Made by a program: the position numbers and the translations under genes. From sequence record SRR31156797_4552: DNA of 20,000 bases, one strand, 5' to 3'. The notes under the pieces are model-generated. The model saw only the letters and a program-made list of their open reading frames with translations, made no database searches and was not told the origin of the DNA. Numbering within the stretch: position 1 is the first letter of the stretch; each line of letters opens with the position of its first letter. Shown here piece after piece: positions 14,327 to 20,000 of this stretch.

Positions 14327-16021
14327 ATGAGTGCCAGAAAAATAGTAGTTATCGGCGGTTCCGCTGCAGGACCTAAAGCTGCGGCCCGTTCCAAGCGCCT
14401 TAATGTCGAAGCAGAAGTAACCCTGTTGCAGAAGGCCCCGGAACTTTCCATGGCTTCCTGCGGTTATCCGTACTACATCGGCGGGAACTTTGATGAGCGT
14501 AATGCTCTTCTTGCCACCCCCACCGGGGTAGTGCGCGATGAGGGCTTTTTTGCTGCAGCCAAGGGGGTGGGTGCGAAGGTAAATACCGAAGTAACTGCCA
14601 TTGACCGACAGAATAAGACTGTGTCCTGCACGGATGTCCTGACTGGCGAGTCTTGCACAGTAGATTATGACAAGCTGGTGATCTGTACCGGGGCAACTCC
14701 GCGCCGACCGCCCATTCCGGGGATTGATCTCGAAGGTGTTCGTTCGCTTTCTGAAATGCGCGATGCCGATAAATTGCGTGAGTTGGTTGATTCCGGCAAG
14801 GTTAAGGATGCGGTCATAGTTGGCGGCGGGCTGATCGGGATTGAGGTTTGCGAGGCTCTTTCCGAATCCGGTATGAATGTGAATGTGGTGGAAATGCTTT
14901 CCCAGTTGCTTATGTTTCTGGATTGGGAAATCGCCAAGTTGGTGGAAAAGCATGTGGCTTCCAGGGGTGTTGCCGTGCACACTGATAACGGCGTGGCTGA
15001 GTTTTTGGGTGAGAACGGTAAGTTGACCGGAGTTAAGCTTAATGACGGTTCCGTGGTTCCCTGTGAACTTGCTGTTGTCGCTATCGGCGTAATTCCCAAT
15101 GCCAAACTGGCAAAGGATGCCGGGCTTGAAATCGGCGGGTTCGGTGGCATCGCTGTTGACGATTTTATGCGCAGTTCCGACCCTGACATCTATGCCGCCG
15201 GGGATTGCGTGGAAATCACCCAGCGCATTACCGGAAAGAAGACTTATGCTCCCTATGGTGATCTCGCTAATCTTGAGGCCCGTGTTGTTGCGGATAATAT
15301 TGCCCGTGGCGATAAGCACAAGTTTCCCGGCACGGTTAACAGCGGGATCTGCAAGGTTTTTGATCTCAGTGCTGGAGCTACCGGATTTTCTGAGCAGCGT
15401 GCCAAGGATGAAGGGTATGAGGTTATTACTGCCACTAATGCCAGCCCGGATAAGCCCGGTTTCATGGGTGCCAAGCTGCTGGTCTCCAAAATGGTTGCTG
15501 ATGCGAGGACCGGACGCATTCTCGGATTTCAGTGTGTAGGTCCAGGTGAGGTTAACCGTCAGTTGGCCGAGGCTGCCATGGCAGTCATGAACGGTAACAC
15601 CATCTGGGAAGTGGGCATGGCCGACCTGCCGTATGCACCGCCGTTTTCATTGGCTATCGACCATTTCATCACCACCTCGCATATCCTTGATAACAAGATG
15701 GCCGGCCAGATGACTGGGATTAGTAATGCTGAGGTGAAGAAAAAATTGGATGCTGGCGAAAAACCGTTTATTCTGGATGTTCGTGCTCCCAATGAATTTG
15801 AGGAGATGCGTCTCAATGTGGGAGAAAATCTGATTCCGCTCGGCAAATTGCGCGGTTCACTTGATCAGCTGCCGCAAGACAAAGATGCTGAGATTATCAC
15901 CTTCTGCAAGATTTCCATGCGTGGTTATGAGGCCCAGCAAGTGCTTGAGGCAAGCGGCTGGACGAACGTCAAAGTCATGGAAGGCGGAATTATGAGCTGG
16001 CCGTTCAAGATTGAGATGTAG
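14327..16021 (+). CDS. CoA-disulfide/persulfide reductase-rhodanese fusion (CoADR-RHD / Npsr-like flavoprotein)
   Basis: FAD motif VVIGGSAAG, redox Cys in SMASCGYPYY, NAD(P)H motif IVGGGLIGIE, IYAAGD and YAPPFS. C-terminal rhodanese ILDVR..EF...FCKISMRG...MEGGIMSW. RBS AAGGAG. Confidence 0.9.
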   Translation: MSARKIVVIGGSAAGPKAAARSKRLNVEAEVTLLQKAPELSMASCGYPYYIGGNFDERNALLATPTGVVRDEGFFAAAKGVGAKVNTEVTAIDRQNKTVSCTDVLTGESCTVDYDKLVICTGATPRRPPIPGIDLEGVRSLSEMRDADKLRELVDSGKVKDAVIVGGGLIGIEVCEALSESGMNVNVVEMLSQLLMFLDWEIAKLVEKHVASRGVAVHTDNGVAEFLGENGKLTGVKLNDGSVVPCELAVVAIGVIPNAKLAKDAGLEIGGFGGIAVDDFMRSSDPDIYAAGDCVEITQRITGKKTYAPYGDLANLEARVVADNIARGDKHKFPGTVNSGICKVFDLSAGATGFSEQRAKDEGYEVITATNASPDKPGFMGAKLLVSKMVADARTGRILGFQCVGPGEVNRQLAEAAMAVMNGNTIWEVGMADLPYAPPFSLAIDHFITTSHILDNKMAGQMTGISNAEVKKKLDAGEKPFILDVRAPNEFEEMRLNVGENLIPLGKLRGSLDQLPQDKDAEIITFCKISMRGYEAQQVLEASGWTNVKVMEGGIMSWPFKIEM

Positions 16022-16044
16022 GTTTTGTGATATAGTAAATTTAA

Positions 16045-16073
16045 AGGGCCGTAGTACTGAGTACTACGGCCCT
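16045..16073. terminator. Bidirectional terminator / perfect palindrome between convergent genes
   Basis: AGGGCCGTAGTACT-G-AGTACTACGGCCCT, with AAA to the left and CATTTTTTT to the right. Confidence 0.85.
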
Positions 16074-16080
16074 CATTTTT

Positions 16081-17253
16081 TTAGAGTGCTGTTTCCAGCA
16101 TTTTACGTGAAATTTCAGGGGTCACGTCTCCGCGTTCGGAGAGTTTGGTCATGCCGTGTTTTTCAAGTCCGGCAATAACTCGGTCGACGATGTCGGAGCT
16201 GATCTCATAGTCGGAGAGTCTTGTTGCCATGCCTACACTATTGAAGAAATCTTCGGTCTTGGCAATGGCCTGATCAATACGAACGTCATCATCTCCTTCA
16301 CGAATATCCCAAACCCGCTCGGCGTACTGGATGAGCTTTTCCTTCTTTTCCGCACGGCGAACCTTCCAGTTGGCAAGTTGCATGACAGCCAGTGTCTTGC
16401 CGTGGTCCAGTCCGGTGAGGGCGGTCAATTCATGCCCGATCATGTGAGTGGTCCAGTCTTGAGGAACACCTGCTCCGATAAGACCGTTGAGGGCCATGGT
16501 GGAACACCAGACAAGGTTGGCGCGGGCATCGTAGTTTTCCGGTTCGTTAACGGTTGTTTCACCGATCTCAATCAGAGTTTGTAAAATACCTTCTGCGGTG
16601 CGGTCCTGAAAACGTCCTTCCGCAGGGTAGGTCAGGTACTGCTCGATGGTGTGGATAAAAGTGTCCACAACACCGTTTGCTACCTGAGTTTTAGGCAGGG
16701 TGAAGGTGATTTTCGGATCGAGGATGGAAAATTTCGGAAATGTGTGGGTGGAGAAAACCGGGAGTTTGTCTTCTCCGTCACTTATTACAGCCCCGTTATT
16801 CATTTCCGATCCGGTAGCCGGCAAGGTCAACACGGTTCCGAATGGAATAGCGGAATCAACAGGTACCGGAGTGAAACCGAAGTGCATCAGTTCTTTTTCT
16901 TTGCCTTCGTATGCTTTGGCAGGTGCAGCCAAAGCGATGAATTTGGTTCCGTCGATAACAGACCCGCCGCCCACTGCAAGGATGAAATCAATTTTCTCGT
17001 CACGAACAATTTTGATGGCATTTATAAGAACTTCAAATTTGGGATTTGCAGGAATGCCGCCGAATTCGATTACGCCGCGTCCACTTTTGGCGAGTTCGGC
17101 ATTGACTCGGTCGAGCAGTCCGGTTTTCTTGGCGCTACCGCCACCATAGGTAATCAGCACTTTGGCATTTTTAGGAACAAGATTATCCAATTCCTGAAGC
17201 TGACCTTCGCCGAAAACAATATTGGTTGGGTTGTAAAAGCTAAAGTTAAGCAT
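16081..17253 (-). CDS. yqhD: NADPH-dependent aldehyde reductase, iron-containing ADH family (YqhD/BdhA-like)
   Basis: MLNFSFYNPTNIVFG, YGGGS (NADPH-preferring motif), AVGGGSVIDG, LTLPATGSEMN and DWTTHMIGHELTA..GLDH. RBS CAGGAG. Confidence 0.9.
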   Translation of the reverse strand: MLNFSFYNPTNIVFGEGQLQELDNLVPKNAKVLITYGGGSAKKTGLLDRVNAELAKSGRGVIEFGGIPANPKFEVLINAIKIVRDEKIDFILAVGGGSVIDGTKFIALAAPAKAYEGKEKELMHFGFTPVPVDSAIPFGTVLTLPATGSEMNNGAVISDGEDKLPVFSTHTFPKFSILDPKITFTLPKTQVANGVVDTFIHTIEQYLTYPAEGRFQDRTAEGILQTLIEIGETTVNEPENYDARANLVWCSTMALNGLIGAGVPQDWTTHMIGHELTALTGLDHGKTLAVMQLANWKVRRAEKKEKLIQYAERVWDIREGDDDVRIDQAIAKTEDFFNSVGMATRLSDYEISSDIVDRVIAGLEKHGMTKLSERGDVTPEISRKMLETAL

Positions 17254-17316
17254 TTTAACTCCTGTGTTTTGGGTGATGTTTTGGCTATTTTATGCCCTGC
17301 GTGTGAATTTTAATGA

Positions 17317-17353
17317 ATACCTATTTTTGCAAACAGTTTGCCTTATTTTGCAA
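17317..17353 (-). promoter_or_regulatory. Tandem AraC (YqhC-type) binding repeats upstream of yqhD
   Basis: Minus strand reads TTGCAAAATAAGGCAA-N5-TTGCAAAAATAGGTAT (21-bp period), followed by a TAAAAT -10 at the complement of 17287-17292. Confidence 0.65.
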
Positions 17354-17431
17354 GAGAAGCAAATTTCAGTAGAATTCAAATTCAACAATGGTAAGCATGC
17401 TAGCATAAAGTTGCCGCACTTGGAGTATAAA

Positions 17432-18325
17432 ATGAGCACTCAGGATAAAAAACTGCTGGATGAATTGAAGGAGGCCCTTGATGACGGGGCTGTCCGCGAA
17501 GGTTTAAATGAAACATTTCTTGAAGAGGTTACCCTCTTCAGGGTCTCCGAGCACAAGCCCAAGTGTCCGCTCATTTATGAACAATGTTTCTGCATTGCCG
17601 TGTATGGGCATAAGCATTGCCATTTAAGTGATGCAACTTTCACGTATGGCGAAGATGAATTTCTGATCGTTCCCGCCATTGTTCCCCTTGATATTGAAGT
17701 TATTCCTGAGGGCGAGAATCCTTTGCTTAGTATTACAGTGCCGCTGGATTTTGAAGTAATTCAGGAACTGGTGGAATCAATTAATAAGTATGACAAGCAG
17801 ACTCTGGGGAAAATTTCCAGTTCTTCCGGCATATATTTCGAACCCCTGACTAACGACGTAATTGAGCCGACAATTCGTCTGCTCAAGGTTCTGAAATCGC
17901 GCAAGGAAGCCAATATTTTCGGCAAGCAGATTATCCGTGAAATTTACTACCATATTCTTATGGGCAAGCACGGTCATTTACTGGCTTCAGCGGCTTTCGG
18001 TGAATCCGATTATGCTCTGATCGCAAAGTCTTTGCGTTTTATCCATGACAATTATGATACCGGAATTGATATTGATAAATTGGCCAGCGGGGCGAATATG
18101 TCTGTGCGTTCTTTTTATAACCATTTCAAGGCCGTAACCGCATTGACCCCGGTGCAGTATTTGAAGCGCATACGCTTGGAAAAAGCTCGCCAGTTCATGA
18201 TTGTGCAGGGCGAACAGGCCAGTTCCGCTGCTCATCTGGTGGGCTATGAAAGTCCCTCGCAATTCAGCCGCGAGTTCAAGCGGCACTTCGGATATACCCC
18301 GCGGGAAGCGGTCCGGAATAGTTAG
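17432..18325 (+). CDS. yqhC: AraC-family regulator with an AraC_N domain (YqhC-like), divergent from yqhD
   Basis: ATG 17432 with RBS GGAG. Motifs IYEQCFCIAVYGHK, IIREIYYHILMG, MSVRSFYNHFKAVTALTPVQYLKRIRL and VGYESPSQFSREFKRHFG. Confidence 0.85.
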   Translation: MSTQDKKLLDELKEALDDGAVREGLNETFLEEVTLFRVSEHKPKCPLIYEQCFCIAVYGHKHCHLSDATFTYGEDEFLIVPAIVPLDIEVIPEGENPLLSITVPLDFEVIQELVESINKYDKQTLGKISSSSGIYFEPLTNDVIEPTIRLLKVLKSRKEANIFGKQIIREIYYHILMGKHGHLLASAAFGESDYALIAKSLRFIHDNYDTGIDIDKLASGANMSVRSFYNHFKAVTALTPVQYLKRIRLEKARQFMIVQGEQASSAAHLVGYESPSQFSREFKRHFGYTPREAVRNS

Positions 18326-18358
18326 GGGATGGTGGACAAAATCTGACTACGGCAAAGC

Positions 18359-19231
18359 TTATTTGTCGTCCGGGAGATTAAGTTCTTTTTGGAGCCATGT
18401 TGTAAATATGTTTAGGTCATTAGCTCTTTTGGGGTTTTCCAAGGATAGTATAATGTAGTCGATCGATGTTGTTTCAAAACCGTATGGGGCAATAAGAAGT
18501 CCGTTTTTAATGTCTTCGCGGACTAATGGTTCAGGGCCGATAGCCAGTCCGAATCCGGTGGAAGCTGCTTGTAGGCTGAAGTAAAAATGGTCGAAATATT
18601 TTTCGGATTCTGATTCAATCTGCTTGTCAGTGAGATCGTGCCATTCTGACCATGCCTCCGGGCGGGTTCTGGTGTGGAGGATTTGTTTTGCGTCGTCCTT
18701 GTGCTTGTTCCAATATGCCGGACTGCATACCGGGCCGACGGACTCTTTGCCTAGAATCGTGCAGTTGTAATGAGAGGGCCATGTAAAGTCTGATCGTCTT
18801 ATGGCTAAATGGACTCCTTCAGCTGAGAGATCTATGGGGCCTCCGCCGACAGAAAGGTGGATGTCTATTTGCGGGTTGGAAGCTCTGAATTCATCAAGTC
18901 TCGGCATAAGCCAGCGCATGGCAAGGGATGGTTCACAGGAAACCGAAAGCCTGCGTTTAGAGTCCGGGATGCGTATTGTTTCGCTGATTTTCTCTAGCTT
19001 CGCCAAAGTTTCTTCAACTCCAGCCGCCAATTGCTTTCCTTTTGCAGTTAAGAATAGTCCCCGATTACGCCTTTCAAAAAGTTCAAATCCAAAGAATTCT
19101 TCCAACTGTTTTACAGCCCTGCTGATAGCACCATGAGTAAGATTTAGTTCATGTGCTGCTTTAGTGAAGCTGCTGTGGCGTGCTGCAGCCCTGAAGCTGA
19201 CAAGTGGTTTTAGGGGAGGGAGGTTGTTCAT
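18359..19231 (-). CDS. LysR-family regulator (GcvA-like)
   Basis: LPPLKPLVSFRAAARHSSFTKAAHELNLTHGAISRAVKQLEE, SLAMRWLMPRL and FDHFYFSLQAA. Confidence 0.93.
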   Translation of the reverse strand: MNNLPPLKPLVSFRAAARHSSFTKAAHELNLTHGAISRAVKQLEEFFGFELFERRNRGLFLTAKGKQLAAGVEETLAKLEKISETIRIPDSKRRLSVSCEPSLAMRWLMPRLDEFRASNPQIDIHLSVGGGPIDLSAEGVHLAIRRSDFTWPSHYNCTILGKESVGPVCSPAYWNKHKDDAKQILHTRTRPEAWSEWHDLTDKQIESESEKYFDHFYFSLQAASTGFGLAIGPEPLVREDIKNGLLIAPYGFETTSIDYIILSLENPKRANDLNIFTTWLQKELNLPDDK

Positions 19232-19238
19232 TTTAATG

Positions 19239-19277
19239 TGTGACTTTTTCTCATATAAAATGTGATTTCTTTTCGTT
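19239..19277. promoter_or_regulatory. LysR binding sites in the divergent promoter
   Basis: TGTGAC-N5-CTCATA (19239-19255) contains T-N11-A as TGA-N7-TCA. A degenerate copy TGTGATTTCTTTTCGTT starts 22 bp downstream. Confidence 0.55.
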
Positions 19278-19339
19278 TTTAATCTTTGCTAGCTCAATGT
19301 ATATCGGAGAATATCAAATGTCCATTGAGGAGGTAATTT

Positions 19340-19966
19340 GTGACTTTTTTTGAATCAAATATGTTTGTAGTGGGAATCGTGACTGTTCTGGCTGTGGTCA
19401 GTCCGGGGCCTGATTTCGCTGTAATTCTACGGAATGGATTGCGCTATGGGCGTAAAATGGGTTTGGCAACAGCCCTCGGTATTGCTGGCGGGGTGGTGGT
19501 GCATGTTACATATACCCTTTTAGGGCTGAGTTACCTTGTTGCGGAGTTTTCATGGATATTGGAGGTGGTGCGATATATCGGGGCCGCATATTTGATTTGG
19601 CTCGGTGTGTCGGCATTTATTCCAAGAGGAAAAGATGTGGAGTTAGATTGTAATGAAGATGCCGTTCCGGTTGAATTTTGGAGCGCATTTCGAAATGGAT
19701 TTTTGTGTAACGCACTTAATCCTAAAACCATGATGTTTTTTATCGCTCTGTTTACTCAGGTGATTTCCCCGGAAACATCCTTGATGAGCAAAGTCGGGAT
19801 TGGGGTTTTCATTTCATTGACCCATTTAGTGTGGTTTTCGTTCGTTGTCTTTGTGTTGACAAATCCGCGTACGATACGGCTGTTTGAGCAATGGCGTAAG
19901 GCTATTGAGAATGTCGTGGGAGTCTGTCTTTTGGGGCTGGGAGTGAAGCTGGCTCTAGATGCATAG
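19340..19966 (+). CDS. LysE/RhtB-family amino-acid exporter
   Basis: SPGPDF, GLATALGIAGG, GAAYLIWLG and FRNGFLCNALNPK. GTG start with RBS GAGGAGG. Confidence 0.93.
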   Translation: MTFFESNMFVVGIVTVLAVVSPGPDFAVILRNGLRYGRKMGLATALGIAGGVVVHVTYTLLGLSYLVAEFSWILEVVRYIGAAYLIWLGVSAFIPRGKDVELDCNEDAVPVEFWSAFRNGFLCNALNPKTMMFFIALFTQVISPETSLMSKVGIGVFISLTHLVWFSFVVFVLTNPRTIRLFEQWRKAIENVVGVCLLGLGVKLALDA

Positions 19967-19970
19967 CTAC

Positions 19971-20000
19971 AAAAAAGGTTCAGGAAAATTTCCTGAACCT
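19971..20000. terminator. Terminator hairpin at the window edge
   Basis: AGGTTCAGGAAA-A-TTTCCTGAACCT preceded by an A-tract. The downstream T-tract lies outside the window. Confidence 0.75.

Noticed and set aside
14276-15319. 347 aa antisense ORF overlapping the CoADR gene
   Set aside because: It is a shadow of a well-conserved sense gene, has no recognisable motifs, and is explained by codon bias on the opposite strand.
16045-16073. 14-bp perfect palindrome as a mobile-element end or REP/CRISPR repeat
   Set aside because: It is single copy in the window and sits between convergent stop codons with A/T tails, so a terminator explains it.
16156-17313. Plus-strand ORFs of 142, 220 and 149 aa within yqhD
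   Set aside because: They are antisense shadows of a confident CDS, with no domain features.
17264-17431. N-terminal 56 aa extension of the AraC ORF
   Set aside because: It runs through the yqhD promoter and operator repeats. ATG 17432 has a proper RBS and gives the usual family length.
1-20000. CRISPR arrays, tRNA/rRNA, IS elements, prophage genes, selenocysteine read-through, frameshifted pseudogenes
   Set aside because: I saw no spaced repeat arrays, RNA-gene signatures, or transposase/integrase motifs. The redox genes end in TAA/TAG with complete domains, and no split ORFs were evident by eye.

Overview
A 20 kb bacterial chromosomal window of moderate GC. The gene content suggests a sulfate-reducing Desulfovibrionaceae such as Maridesulfovibrio, but this is inference. 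There are about 20 CDSs and no rRNA, tRNA, CRISPR array, integrase or transposase. In order: a glnHPQ-type polar amino-acid ABC operon; a secreted EF-hand protein; two convergent hypothetical genes, one of which looks like a PD-(D/E)XK nuclease-family protein with its catalytic residues lost; an orphan solute-binding protein; an orphan long UbiD; a bacterial PH-domain protein; a second orphan solute-binding protein. A redox/detoxification-rich stretch follows: AraC plus a PNPOx-like/2x[4Fe-4S] protein, MarR-GNAT, HAD hydrolase, a stand-alone ferredoxin:thioredoxin reductase catalytic subunit, a PAS/4-Cys protein, a CoA-disulfide reductase-rhodanese fusion behind a perfect FNR-type box, yqhD/yqhC, and LysR/LysE. 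Many intrinsic terminators and several candidate operators are readable directly. The best leads are the putative pseudo-nuclease locus with its perfect 13-bp palindrome, the FTR/CoADR-rhodanese thiol-redox neighbourhood, and an AraC operator embedded in the last codons of its own gene. Family assignments come from motif recognition only; no searches were run.
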